Source: Alphaproteobacteria bacterium
Lineage (GTDB): Bacteria; Pseudomonadota; Alphaproteobacteria; MPNO01
Direction of reading: 5' to 3'
Assembly: GCA_964291675.2 (NCBI GenBank)
Contig: OZ219866.1
Location: 3,136,001-3,200,000, forward strand
Length of the DNA stretch: 64,000 nucleotides
Shown here: piece after piece, positions 47,426-57,126 of the stretch
How the letters are laid out: each line of letters begins with the position of its first letter
Numbering within the stretch: the stretch's first letter is position 1
Translations under genes and position numbers: made by a program
Notes under the pieces: model-generated
What the model saw: the letters and a program-made list of their open reading frames with translations, nothing else
The model's database searches: none
What the model was told of the DNA's origin: nothing

Positions 47426-48019
47426 ATTGGCGAACGGTCCGATCCTGCCGATCGCGCTGACGCGCCCGCCGCGGTCGAGCGAGACCGCGCGCTCCACCAC
47501 CACCTCGAGGTCCTGGCACAGCTCCTGGAAGTCGCGGATCGTGCAGAGGTGGATGTTCGCGGTGTCGTACCAGCGCTCGCCCGGGCCGCCGATCACCGGC
47601 ATGCGCCCCTCCCAGACGAGCCGCCAGCGCGTGCCGAGCTGGCCGAAATTGGTGAAGGAGACCACCACCCGCGTCGCGATGCGGAGAAGCTGGCCGAGGA
47701 GGTCGCGCGGCGCGCGCGTGGCCTGGAGGGTCTGGCTCAGAACCGCGTAGTCGAACGCGCCCGGCGGGTAGTCTTCGAGATCGGTGTCGGCATCGCCCTG
47801 GATGACCGGCAGGCCGCGAACCACGCAGGCGTTGACCCCGTCCTGGCTGAGCTCGATGCCGCGCGCGTCGACATTCTTGAAGTTGACCAGGTGATAGAGC
47901 AGCTCGCCGTCGCCGCAGCCGATATCGAGCACCCGCGAACCGGGCTCGATCATGTCGGCGATGATTTGCAGGTCGCGGCGGATCGCCGGCGCCCCGGCGC
48001 CGGCCGTCCCGGCGGTCAT
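47369..48019 (-). CDS. metW: methionine biosynthesis protein MetW
   Basis: [35 protein letters not shown]; ATGA-coupled to metX. Confidence 0.93.
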   Translation of the reverse strand: MTAGTAGAGAPAIRRDLQIIADMIEPGSRVLDIGCGDGELLYHLVNFKNVDARGIELSQDGVNACVVRGLPVIQGDADTDLEDYPPGAFDYAVLSQTLQATRAPRDLLGQLLRIATRVVVSFTNFGQLGTRWRLVWEGRMPVIGGPGERWYDTANIHLCTIRDFQELCQDLEVVVERAVSLDRGGRVSAIGRIGPFANLRSRQGIFLLRREDSAAA

Positions 48020-49191
48020 CCCCCGCCAAGGCCCCGGTGCTTCCCCGCACCGTCGAGAAAGCCGCGCAGCGTGGTGGCGAATTCGGGCTCGTCGAGCAGG
48101 AAGGCATCGTGCCCCTTGTCGGTCTTCACTTCGACGAAGCTGACATTCGCCGCGACCGCGTTGAGCGCCTTGACCACCGCGCGGCTCTCGACGGTGGGGA
48201 ACAGCCAGTCGCTGGTGAACGAGAACAGGCAGAACCGGACCGGGGTGCCGGCGAAGGCCTTCGACAGCGCCCCGCCATGCTCCGCCGCGATGTCGAAATA
48301 GTCCATCGCGCGCGTGATGTAGAGATAGGAGTTCGCGTCGAACCGTTCGACGAAGGTAATGCCCTGGTGGCGCAGGTAGCTTTCCACCTGGAAATCGGCG
48401 TCGAAGCCGAAGCTGAGCGCGTCCCGCCCCTGCAGCCGGCGGCCGAACTTGCGGTGCAGCGCCGAGTCCGACAGGTAGGTGATATGCGCCGCCATGCGCG
48501 CCACGGCGAGGCCGCGGGTCGGCACCTTGCCGTGGCGCAGATACTCGCCCTGACACCAGTCGGGATCGGCCATGATGGCCTGGCGGCCGACCTCGTTGAA
48601 CGCGATGTTCTGCGAGGAATGACGCGCGGCCGCGGCGATCGGAACGGCGGAGAAGACGCGCTCGGGATAGCGCGCCGCCCACTCGATCACCTGCATCCCC
48701 CCCATCGAGCCGCCGATCACGCAAAACAGCCGGTCGATCCCGAGATGGTCGAGCAGCAGCGCCTGGACCTGCACCATGTCGCTGATGGTGATCACCGGGA
48801 AGGCGAGACCGTAGCGCTCCCCGGTTTCCGGGTTGATGTCCATCGGGCCGGTGGTCCCCATGCATCCGCCGAGCACATTGGCGCAAATGACGTGGTAGCG
48901 GTCGGTGTCGAGCACCTTGCCGGGCCCGACCAGAAGGTCCCACCAGCCCGGCTTGCCGGTGATCGGGTGGGGCTCGGCGACGAACTGGTCGCCGGTCAGG
49001 GCATGGCATACCAGGATCGCGTTCGAGCGCTCCGCGTTCAGCGCTCCATAGGTCCGGTAGGCGACCGTGACCGGTCCGAGCGCGACACCGCAGTCGAGCA
49101 GCAACGGCTCGTCGGTCGCCAGACGCACATGCGTGCCCGGTATCTCCGCCGGCAACAGGGAGGTCGGGCGATTGAGCGCTACGGGCTTCAT
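48016..49191 (-). CDS. metX: homoserine O-acyltransferase MetX
   Basis: [35 protein letters not shown]. Confidence 0.95.
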   Translation of the reverse strand: MKPVALNRPTSLLPAEIPGTHVRLATDEPLLLDCGVALGPVTVAYRTYGALNAERSNAILVCHALTGDQFVAEPHPITGKPGWWDLLVGPGKVLDTDRYHVICANVLGGCMGTTGPMDINPETGERYGLAFPVITISDMVQVQALLLDHLGIDRLFCVIGGSMGGMQVIEWAARYPERVFSAVPIAAAARHSSQNIAFNEVGRQAIMADPDWCQGEYLRHGKVPTRGLAVARMAAHITYLSDSALHRKFGRRLQGRDALSFGFDADFQVESYLRHQGITFVERFDANSYLYITRAMDYFDIAAEHGGALSKAFAGTPVRFCLFSFTSDWLFPTVESRAVVKALNAVAANVSFVEVKTDKGHDAFLLDEPEFATTLRGFLDGAGKHRGLGGG

Positions 49192-49276
49192 CACCTGCGG
49201 CTCTGTATAAGACCGCCGACGCAACGGCAACCGCGGAAATCCCTGTCCCCGGCAACGACCGGCATCGGCGGCGTCG

Positions 49277-49306
49277 ATTGTAACCAATGCAGGGGCTGGT
49301 TATAAG
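49277..49306. promoter_or_regulatory. palindromic, candidate bidirectional promoter between metX and chorismate mutase
   Basis: Plus strand TTGTAA-17-TATAAG; minus strand TTATAA-17-TACAAT; inverted repeat TTGTAACCA...TGGTTATAA. Confidence 0.5.
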
Positions 49307-49384
49307 TCGCTACGAAGATGTCATGTATTCACCCGGCCGAAGGCCCATGGCCAGGCGGGGGTTGCGGGGTGGGACGAAACCGAC

Positions 49385-50296
49385 ATGAGCCATTCCGGGG
49401 TGTCGCTCGCCGATGTGCGCAAGCGCATCGACGACATCGACGACCGCCTGCACGGGCTGCTGATAGAGCGGACCTCGCTGGCGCAATCCGTGGTCGAGGC
49501 CAAGAGCGGGTCGACGGCGCCGGTTTACCGCCCCGGCCGCGAGGCGGAGATCCTGCGGCGCCTGGTCCAGCGTCATGAGGGCGAATTTCCGAAGGTGCCG
49601 CTGACCCTGATCTGGCGCCAGATCATCTCGGCGACCCTCGGTCTGCAGGGAGATTTCGTCGTCGCGGTCTATGCCGCCGACGAATCGGACCCGCGCTGTG
49701 AAATCGTCGAGACCCATTTCGGCGCCGCGACGCCGCTTTCCCTGCACGGGACGGTTACCGGCGTGTTCATCGCGCTGACCCAGGGCGATGCGTCGGTGGG
49801 CGTCCTGCCGTTTCCCGCCGACAGCCAGGAAACCCCGTGGTGGCCGCGTCTCGCTCAGTACGGCGAGCGGGCCAGAGGCGCCGGCCGCCCGACGATCGTC
49901 GCCCGGCTGCCGTTCGTGCCGCTGCGGCGGCTATCGGGCGCCGGCCGCGGTTCGCTGGTCATCGCCATGCAGGCGCCCGAGCCCACCGATCGCGACCGCA
50001 GCTTCATCGTCGTCAGGGCCGGCGAGGATACCAGCCGGGCGCGGGTCCACGGCGCCTTCCAGTCTCGCGGGCTCGAGTCGCGGCTGACGCTCACCCATGC
50101 CGACGAGGTGGAGCCGGAGGCGACGCTTTTCCTGCTCGAGGTCGATGGGTTCGTCGAGAACGGAGACCCCAGAATCGCCGCCATTGCCGAGGAAATCGGC
50201 GGCGAGGAGAAGGTCGAGCTCAAGGTGCTGGGCGCCTATGCCGAGCCCTTTGCCGCCAGCGAGGTCGGGCCCCAGAGGGGCGTCAAGCAACCATGA
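49385..50296 (+). CDS. chorismate mutase with divergent prephenate dehydratase/ACT-like C-terminus
   Basis: LADVRKRIDDIDDRLHGLLIER, YRPGREAEILRRL, IWRQIIS; C-terminal FLLEVDGF...VLGAY. Confidence 0.85.
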   Translation: MSHSGVSLADVRKRIDDIDDRLHGLLIERTSLAQSVVEAKSGSTAPVYRPGREAEILRRLVQRHEGEFPKVPLTLIWRQIISATLGLQGDFVVAVYAADESDPRCEIVETHFGAATPLSLHGTVTGVFIALTQGDASVGVLPFPADSQETPWWPRLAQYGERARGAGRPTIVARLPFVPLRRLSGAGRGSLVIAMQAPEPTDRDRSFIVVRAGEDTSRARVHGAFQSRGLESRLTLTHADEVEPEATLFLLEVDGFVENGDPRIAAIAEEIGGEEKVELKVLGAYAEPFAASEVGPQRGVKQP

Positions 50297-51381
50297 GCGG
50301 GCCGACCCCGAGGCCAGGCATCCTCGACATCGCGCCCTACATACCCGGAGACTCGTCGATCCCGGGCCGGGCGCGGGTGATCAAGCTGTCGTCCAACGAG
50401 GGCGCGCTCGGCCCCAGCCCGGCGGCGATGCGCGCGCTGGCCGGGACCGCCGCCGACATCCACCGCTACCCCGACGGCGGCGCCGTCGCGCTGTGCGAGG
50501 CGATCGGCGCGGCGCACGGACTCGACCCGGGGCGAATCGTCTGCGGCGCGGGATCCGACGAGCTGATCACGCTGCTCGCGCGCGCCTATGCCGGACCCGG
50601 CGACGAGGTGCTGACCCATGCTCACGCCTTCGTCATGTACCGGCTCGCCGGGCTCAGCGTGGGCGCGCAGGTGGTCGAGGCGCCGGAACGGAATCTCACC
50701 GCCGACGTCGATGCCCTGCTGGCCGCGGCGACGCCCAGAACCCGGATCGTCTTCATCGCCAACCCCAACAACCCGACCGGGACCTACTTGCCGCTGGAGG
50801 AGATCGAGCGCCTGCGCGCCGGCCTGCCCGAAGACGTCGTGCTGGTGATCGATTCCGCCTATGCCGAATACGTGACGCGCAACGACTACGGCGCCGGCGA
50901 AGCGCTGGTCGATCGCGGGCAGAACACGGTCATGACGCGGACGTTCTCGAAGATCTACGGGCTCGGCGGGGTCCGGCTCGGCTGGGCCTATTGCCCGGAA
51001 TCGGTCGCTTCGGTGCTGCATCGCATCCGCTCGCCCTTCAACATCAACGCCCCCGCCCAGGCGGCCGGAATCGCGGCGGTGCAGGACACCGACTTCCTGG
51101 CCCGGTCGCGCGACCACAACGCGGCCTGGCTCCCCTGGATCTCCGAGCGCATCGCCGCCGCCGGCTTCCCGGTGACGCCGAGCGTCGGCAATTTCGTCCT
51201 CGTCGAGTTCCCCGCCGACGAGGGGCGGAACGCCGAAGCCGCGCTCGCCCATCTCGCGCGCCACGGGTTGATCCCGCGCGCCGTCGCCGGCAACCGCCTC
51301 CCCGACCATCTCAGGATCACCGTCGGGCTGGAAGACGAGATGCGGGCGCTGGTCGAGGCGATCGAGGCGTTCGCGGACTGA
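50293..51381 (+). CDS. hisC: histidinol-phosphate aminotransferase
   Basis: KLSSNE, GAGSDE, NPNNPTG, DSAYAEY, RTFSKIYGL. Confidence 0.93.
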   Translation: MSGPTPRPGILDIAPYIPGDSSIPGRARVIKLSSNEGALGPSPAAMRALAGTAADIHRYPDGGAVALCEAIGAAHGLDPGRIVCGAGSDELITLLARAYAGPGDEVLTHAHAFVMYRLAGLSVGAQVVEAPERNLTADVDALLAAATPRTRIVFIANPNNPTGTYLPLEEIERLRAGLPEDVVLVIDSAYAEYVTRNDYGAGEALVDRGQNTVMTRTFSKIYGLGGVRLGWAYCPESVASVLHRIRSPFNINAPAQAAGIAAVQDTDFLARSRDHNAAWLPWISERIAAAGFPVTPSVGNFVLVEFPADEGRNAEAALAHLARHGLIPRAVAGNRLPDHLRITVGLEDEMRALVEAIEAFAD

Positions 51382-51384
51382 TCC

Positions 51385-52293
51385 ATGTCCAGCGACGTTC
51401 TGTTCCGGCGGATCGCCTTGATCGGAATCGGGTTGATCGGCTCCTCCCTGGCCCGCGTGGTCAAGCGCGACCGCCTCGCCGGCCACGTCGTCGGCTGCGC
51501 CCGCCGGGCGGAGACGCTGGCCGCCGCCGAGCGGCTGGAGATCGTGGACTCGACGACGCAGGATCCGTGCGAGGCGGCGGCGGGGGCCGATCTGGTGATC
51601 ATCTGCACGCCGCTCGGCTCCTATGGCGCCATCGCGCGCGCCATCGCCCCGAGCCTCGCGCCCGGCGCCATCGTCTCGGATGTCGGCTCGGTCAAGGGGG
51701 CGGTGCTCGAGGCCGTCCTTCCGCATCTGCCGGACGGCGTCCACTTCGTCCCCGGCCATCCGATCGCCGGCACCGAGAATACCGGTCCCGAGGCCGGGTT
51801 CGACACGCTGTTCGAGGGGCGCTGGTTCCTGATCACCCCGCCGCCCGGCACCGACGAGGCGGCGATCGAGCGGGTATCCGAGCTGTGGCGCCGCGCCGGC
51901 AGCATGATCGCCAGGATGGATGCGGCCCACCACGACTACGTGCTCGCGATCACCTCGCATATCCCCCATCTGATCGCCTACACCATCGTCGGGACGGCGA
52001 CCGATCTGGAGGATCATCTCAAGTCCGAGGTGATCAAGTATTCGGCCGCGGGGTTTCGCGATTTCACCCGGATTGCGGGCTCCGACCCGGTGATGTGGCG
52101 CGACATCTTCCTCAACAACCGCGACGCCGTGCTGGAGATGCTCGGCCGCTTCACCGAGGACCTGACCGCGCTCCAGCGGGCGGTCCGCGTCGGCGACGGG
52201 GCCGCTCTCGAATTGCTGTTCAAGCGCACCCGCGACATCAGGCGCGGCGTCGTCGCCGCCCAGCAGCACATCCCGCCGCAGCCCGACGGTTAG
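51385..52293 (+). CDS. tyrC: prephenate/arogenate (cyclohexadienyl) dehydrogenase
   Basis: GIGLIGSS, DVGSVK, HPIAGTE, SHIPH, GFRDFTRIA. Confidence 0.92.
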   Translation: MSSDVLFRRIALIGIGLIGSSLARVVKRDRLAGHVVGCARRAETLAAAERLEIVDSTTQDPCEAAAGADLVIICTPLGSYGAIARAIAPSLAPGAIVSDVGSVKGAVLEAVLPHLPDGVHFVPGHPIAGTENTGPEAGFDTLFEGRWFLITPPPGTDEAAIERVSELWRRAGSMIARMDAAHHDYVLAITSHIPHLIAYTIVGTATDLEDHLKSEVIKYSAAGFRDFTRIAGSDPVMWRDIFLNNRDAVLEMLGRFTEDLTALQRAVRVGDGAALELLFKRTRDIRRGVVAAQQHIPPQPDG

Positions 52294-53309
52294 AAGTTCC
52301 AGTCGATCCGCGGCAGCCGCATGACCGAGAGCGGCCCGAGATAGAGCCGGCGGTTCTGGATCGTTACCGGCAGCGCGGTCGAATCGCTCTGCCCCTTGTC
52401 CGCGCGGGCGAGGAGCTGGAGCCCGAGGCCGATGGCCCCGGCGTTCTTCTTCTCGACCGCGCCGAGGGCGACCAGCAGGCGGAGCAGGTCCTCGCGGCCG
52501 TCGATGCGAAAGGAGAACGCGGCGATCGGCTGAAGGTCGCGGTCGAGCGCGACGGTGCCCGAGCCGGCGACGCGCGCGCGCCGCGAGCGCAGCGCCGCGT
52601 TGCCGATCTCCACCACCCCGCCGCCGTCGCGCCACCGCGCGAGCCCCCGTGGCGTCGCCGCGCGCGGCAGCGGGCCGGTCAGTTTGGCCGCGAGCGAAAG
52701 CGAATCGATCCCGCGCTCGGACCCGGCGATCTCGATCCCGGCGAGTTCGAGCGCGATCGTCGGCCCCGGCGGCTCGGGACCGCGCCCCCTATCGGCCCGC
52801 CCCGGCCGGTCGGGAAGGACGATCGAGGCCTCCGCCCCGGCGATCGAGCGCGGCGGCTTGCGCCCCGGCACCCGGATTTCGATATCGCCGAGCGCGAGGT
52901 CGATCCGGGTTTCCGCCGCCGGGCGCCGCAACGTCCCGGTGGCAACCCCCGCCCGCACCCGGATCGGCGCGGCATCGGCCCCGCCGGTCCAGACGCGGTG
53001 TTCGCCCGGGGCCGAGAAGGCGATGCGCGACGGGCTCCAGGGCCACGCCCGCGCGGCGATTCTCGGGCCTTCCCAGCGCCAGCCGGGAGCGGCGACCGAG
53101 GCTGCATCGACGCTGGCGACCAGCGGCCCCGGATAGCCCTCGATGCGGACCCGCTCGTAGACGACCTGCCAGCCGCGGCTCCGCATCTCGGCGGCCCAGC
53201 CGTCGAGACCCGCGCGCAGCCCGTCGGCGGCGATCCACCAGACCGCGCTGTAGACGATGATCGCGAGGAGACTCAGCGCGGCCGCCCCGAACGCCGCCTT
53301 CCTGGCCAT
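52290..53309 (-). CDS. DUF2125-like exported protein
   Basis: N-terminal TM then WWIAA, GYPG, WRDGGGVVEI, LYLGPL; typical neighbour of tyrC in alphaproteobacteria. Confidence 0.75.
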   Translation of the reverse strand: MARKAAFGAAALSLLAIIVYSAVWWIAADGLRAGLDGWAAEMRSRGWQVVYERVRIEGYPGPLVASVDAASVAAPGWRWEGPRIAARAWPWSPSRIAFSAPGEHRVWTGGADAAPIRVRAGVATGTLRRPAAETRIDLALGDIEIRVPGRKPPRSIAGAEASIVLPDRPGRADRGRGPEPPGPTIALELAGIEIAGSERGIDSLSLAAKLTGPLPRAATPRGLARWRDGGGVVEIGNAALRSRRARVAGSGTVALDRDLQPIAAFSFRIDGREDLLRLLVALGAVEKKNAGAIGLGLQLLARADKGQSDSTALPVTIQNRRLYLGPLSVMRLPRIDWNF

Positions 53310-53416
53310 CCGCCGGTTATATGCGGCCCCGCGGCGGCGGTCGAGCGGAGGCGGGCCGGCCGCTATGGTGTTCCGATGGGCAAGACCCCCGATCCCGCGC
53401 AGGCGGCTCCCGCGCC

Positions 53417-54313
53417 ATGACCGGCGCGGACAGGTCCACCCCGCTCTGGGTGACGCTGACGCCGGTGCTGTTCGTGTTTTGCTGGGCGTCGGGCTTCCCG
53501 ATCACCAGTTTCGGGATCGAATACGCCGAGCCGCTGACCCTGCTGGCGATCCGTTCCGCGCTCAACGTCATCGTCGTCGGCGCCGCGCTGCCCTTCCTCG
53601 CGGCTTCCTGGCCCGCGACCTGGCGCGAGGCGGGTCATATCGCCTTCGCCGGGTTCCTGCTCCACTCCGCCTATCTCTCCTGCATCTTCATCGCGCTCGG
53701 CGAGGGCGTGCCGCAGGGCACCGTCGCGCTGATCGCGGGGATGCAGCCGCTGGTCACCGCCATCCTCGTCGGACGCGCGCTCGGCGAACGGGTGGGCGCG
53801 ATCCAGTGGACCGGCTTCGTGCTCGGCTTCGCCGGGCTTGCCTGCGTCCTCGGCGAGGGCGTGAGCGTGTCGTCGGGGACGCCGCTCGGCTACATCGTCG
53901 CGGCCTTCACGCCTATCCTGATCACCGCCGCGTCGCTCTACCAGAAGCGCTACTGCGCGGCGATGGATCTGAGGACCGGGATGATAATCCAGCACGGCAC
54001 GGCGTTCTTCACCACCGGGGCGCTGGCGCTCCTGATCGAGACCAACCGGGTGGTACCCGGCGTCGAGCTCGCGCTCGTCCTGGTCTGGCTCGTGCTGGTG
54101 CTCTCCGTCGCCGCGTCCAACCTGTACTACATACTGCTCCGGCGCGGCGAGGCGGCGCGGGTCTCCAGCCTGTTCTATCTCACCCCGCCGACCACCGTGC
54201 TGCTCGGCTGGCTGAGCTTCGGCGAGAGCTTCGGGCCGACCGCGCTGGCGGGGTTCGCGATCGCCGGCCTCGGCGTCTTCCTGGTGACCCGGCGCGGCGG
54301 GGCCGGGGCGTGA
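53417..54313 (+). CDS. EamA/DMT-family transporter
   Basis: WASGF, EPLTLLAIR, QPLVTA, SLFYLTPP. Confidence 0.9.
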   Translation: MTGADRSTPLWVTLTPVLFVFCWASGFPITSFGIEYAEPLTLLAIRSALNVIVVGAALPFLAASWPATWREAGHIAFAGFLLHSAYLSCIFIALGEGVPQGTVALIAGMQPLVTAILVGRALGERVGAIQWTGFVLGFAGLACVLGEGVSVSSGTPLGYIVAAFTPILITAASLYQKRYCAAMDLRTGMIIQHGTAFFTTGALALLIETNRVVPGVELALVLVWLVLVLSVAASNLYYILLRRGEAARVSSLFYLTPPTTVLLGWLSFGESFGPTALAGFAIAGLGVFLVTRRGGAGA

Positions 54314-55188
54314 CCGCCGGGCGTTCCGCGCACGGGCTGTTCCTCGCCGCGGCGCCGCTGATCTTCGCGGCGATCTGGAGCACCGGCAACATCTTCACCA
54401 AGTACGGCATGCCCTATGTCGAGCCGCTCACCTTCCTCGCGCTCAGGTTCGCCTTCGGGACGCTGTTCCTGGTCGCCGTCGCCGCCGCCTTCCGTGCGCC
54501 CGGGCCGGCCAGCGCCGCGGAGGCGGGGCACATCGCGGTGGCCGGGGTGCTGGTTCACTGCGGCTATCTGTGGTCGGTGTTCGTCGCCGTCGACGAGGGG
54601 GTGGCGATCGGGACGCTTGCCCTGATCGTCGGGTTGCAGCCCCTGTTGACCGCGATGATCGTCGGCCGGGCGCTGGGCGAGACCGTGAGCGCGCGCCAGT
54701 GGGTCGGGCTGGTGCTCGGCTTCGCCGGCGTCGTCATGGTGGTCTGGCGCAAGATCGACATCGCCGAAGGCACGCTGTTCGGCATGGCGCTCGGCGCGAC
54801 CAGCGTGCTCGCGCTCACCCTGGGCACGGTCTACCAGAAGCGTTTTTGCGCCGACATGGATCTGCGCTCGGGCACGGCGCTGCAAGCGGGGGTCAACGCG
54901 GCTCTCACGATCGGCCTGGTGCTGCTGTTCGAGACGCGGGCGATCGACTGGACCGGCGAGTTCGTGTTCTCGCTGTTCTGGCTGGTCTTCGTGCTCACCA
55001 TCGGCGCCTACAACCTGCTGTTCTACCTGCTCAGGCTCGGCGAGGCCTCGCGGGTGGCGAGCCTGTTCTACCTGACCCCGGCGATCACCGCCGTGATGGG
55101 CTGGCTGATGTTCGACGAGGTCCTCGGCCCGGTCTCGATCGTCGGCATGGCGGTCGCGGTGACCGGCTTCGCGCTCGCCTCGCGATGA
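54310..55188 (+). CDS. EamA/DMT-family transporter, tandem paralog
   Basis: WSTGN, EPLTFLALRF, QPLLTA, SLFYLTPA; GTGA overlap with the first copy. Confidence 0.9.
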   Translation: MTAGRSAHGLFLAAAPLIFAAIWSTGNIFTKYGMPYVEPLTFLALRFAFGTLFLVAVAAAFRAPGPASAAEAGHIAVAGVLVHCGYLWSVFVAVDEGVAIGTLALIVGLQPLLTAMIVGRALGETVSARQWVGLVLGFAGVVMVVWRKIDIAEGTLFGMALGATSVLALTLGTVYQKRFCADMDLRSGTALQAGVNAALTIGLVLLFETRAIDWTGEFVFSLFWLVFVLTIGAYNLLFYLLRLGEASRVASLFYLTPAITAVMGWLMFDEVLGPVSIVGMAVAVTGFALASR

Positions 55189-55754
55189 CCGCCAAGATCG
55201 TCTTCGACGGGCCGGGCGATATCTGGTTCTTCGCCTACGGATCGCTGATGTGGGACCCCGGCTTCGCCTTCGCGGAGGCGAAGCCGGCGCTGCTGCGCGG
55301 CTACCATCGCCGGTTCTGCGTCGATTCGACGGTCTATCGCGGGACGCCCCAACGGCCGGGGCTGGTGCTCGGCCTCGATGCCGGCGGCTCGTGCCGCGGC
55401 CTTGCCTACCGCATCGCCGAAGGCCGGCGCGAGGCGGCGGCGCGCTATCTCGACCGGCGCGAGTTGGCCGAAGACATCTATTTGCTGCGCAAGGTGAGGC
55501 TGGAGACGGCGGACGGTCGCTTTCCCGGCTACACGCTCGTGGTCGACCGCGGGACGCCCTACTACGCGCGCAGCCTGGCGCCCGGGGAAGAGGATCGCCG
55601 GATCGCCACCTGCCGCGGCGAGCGGGGGACCAACGCGGCCTACCTGAAGGAGACCATCGCCCGGCTGGAAGCGCTCGGGGTGCGCGACGGCGGGCTGGTC
55701 GCGCTCAGCCGCCGCGTCGCCGCGTTGGCTCCTCAGGGCGCCGGCGCGGGCTAG
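55185..55754 (+). CDS. chaC: ChaC-family gamma-glutamylcyclotransferase
   Basis: WFFAYGSLMWDP, YRGTPQRPGLVLGLD, RRE, GTNAAYL. Confidence 0.9.
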   Translation: MTAKIVFDGPGDIWFFAYGSLMWDPGFAFAEAKPALLRGYHRRFCVDSTVYRGTPQRPGLVLGLDAGGSCRGLAYRIAEGRREAAARYLDRRELAEDIYLLRKVRLETADGRFPGYTLVVDRGTPYYARSLAPGEEDRRIATCRGERGTNAAYLKETIARLEALGVRDGGLVALSRRVAALAPQGAGAG

Positions 55755-55992
55755 ATCCCGTCCTTTTTCGCGACCGCCGCCGCCGTTCTCGACGCCTCCA
55801 TTTGCCAGTCCCATGCCTCGGACATCGGAGCATTACGCTCCGGGCTCGGGCGACCGGGCCCTGTGTTCGTTTGCGGCAGTCCAGGCACTCGAAGCAGTCG
55901 TACGTCATCCCGGGCAGCGGTCGATCCTCGACCCGCTTTCCCACTCCGCATGAAGGTTGGCGCCGGGGCTTGATCGGCTGAGGCAGCCTTGC

Positions 55993-56030
55993 TGTTACAC
56001 TTGTTTCTGTTATTCTTGTTATTACACTTG
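55993..56030 (+). promoter_or_regulatory. AT-rich direct-repeat array, candidate operator of the Xis-like HTH
   Basis: TTACACTTG at 55995 and 56022; TGTTATT at 56008 and 56017. Confidence 0.55.
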
Positions 56031-56089
56031 AACGCATGCCCGCGCGCCGCGATCGAGGCACCGGCCCATTGCAGAGGAGGAGAATCGGG

Positions 56090-56545
56090 ATGAGCAACGC
56101 CACCGACGCGGTGGACCTGGGACACCGTCTTCCGACGCAGGACGAGATGGCCTGCGCTGCGCAAGCGGTAACGGCGCTTGCCCACGCCCGGGGCGGGAAC
56201 GGCGTCCTCGCCATTCATCGCGAAGACGGCGAGGCCGTTCGCTTGGCACCCGCGATCGCCGACCTGGTGATCGATCTGCTGGGCGGTGTCGCGTCGGGCA
56301 AGACGGTCACGCTGGTTCCGGCCGGCGCCATGCTGACCACGCAGCAGGCGGCCGACATCCTGGGTGTCTCGCGCCCGCACGTCAGCAAGCTGCTCAAGAC
56401 GGGCACGATCCCGTTCGTTTCGGTCGGTTCGCACCGTCGCGTCATGCACGCCGATCTGATGGCCTATATCGACCGTCGCGACGCCGTGCGCCGTGCGGCG
56501 CTCGACGATCTTGCCCGTCTCGGTCAGGAGTTCGATGCGTCTTGA
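56090..56545 (+). CDS. excisionase-like HTH DNA-binding protein (candidate antitoxin)
   Basis: LTTQQAADILGVSRPHVSKLL...GSHRRV; GAGGAGG upstream. Confidence 0.9.
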   Translation: MSNATDAVDLGHRLPTQDEMACAAQAVTALAHARGGNGVLAIHREDGEAVRLAPAIADLVIDLLGGVASGKTVTLVPAGAMLTTQQAADILGVSRPHVSKLLKTGTIPFVSVGSHRRVMHADLMAYIDRRDAVRRAALDDLARLGQEFDAS

Positions 56546-57126
56546 CGCAGCTCGCGGACCCTCGCATCGCCCTGCTGGATGCAAACGTCCTGTTTCCCTT
56601 CCGCAAGAGGGACGTTCTCTTGCGCTTCCACCACGCCGGCTTGTTCCGGGCGCGATGGAGCGAGCGGATTCTCGACGAGTGGACGCTGAACCTCCTCGAA
56701 CAGAAGCCGCATCTTGAACCGAGTGTCCGTTCCCAGCGCCATGCTATGAGCGAGCATTTCGCGGAGGCGCAGGTCACGGGATACGAGCCGTTGATCGGGA
56801 CGCTCGAACTTCCCGATGCCGACGACCGCCACGTCCTGGCGGCCGCGATCCGTTGCGGCGCCCGGTACATCGTCACCGATAACCTGGCCGACTTTCCGGC
56901 CGAGGTCCTCGGGCGGTTCGATATCGAGGCGGTCGACGCCGACGGGTTTCTGTCCCGGACGTTCGATCTCTACCCCTCCGAAGCACTTGGCGTGTTGAGC
57001 ACCCTTCGGAAGGCGTACAGCAATCCGCCCTTCACGCCGTCGGAGTTCGTCCGCGACCTGGCGGCGAAGGGGCTTCCCCGGCTGGCCGCGCAGACGCGGG
57101 AGCGACGTTCGACGAACGCGAGATGA
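56542..57126 (+). CDS. PIN-domain protein (candidate toxin, VapC50-like)
   Basis: LLDANVL, WSERILDEW, LPDADDRHVLAAAI, IVTDNLADFP; TTGA overlap with the HTH gene. Confidence 0.9.
   Translation: MTQLADPRIALLDANVLFPFRKRDVLLRFHHAGLFRARWSERILDEWTLNLLEQKPHLEPSVRSQRHAMSEHFAEAQVTGYEPLIGTLELPDADDRHVLAAAIRCGARYIVTDNLADFPAEVLGRFDIEAVDADGFLSRTFDLYPSEALGVLSTLRKAYSNPPFTPSEFVRDLAAKGLPRLAAQTRERRSTNAR

Noticed and set aside
49271-49320. SAM-II riboswitch-like words (GATT...TGCA...GTCGCTA)
   Set aside because: They lie on the strand facing chorismate mutase, not metX, and the P1 stem does not pair well; a promoter palindrome explains them better.
55800-55960. Cys-containing minus-strand fragment (SCGVGK...CFECLDCRK) as a zinc-ribbon gene
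   Set aside because: No credible start or RBS and no recognised family; it may be a remnant but I cannot support it.
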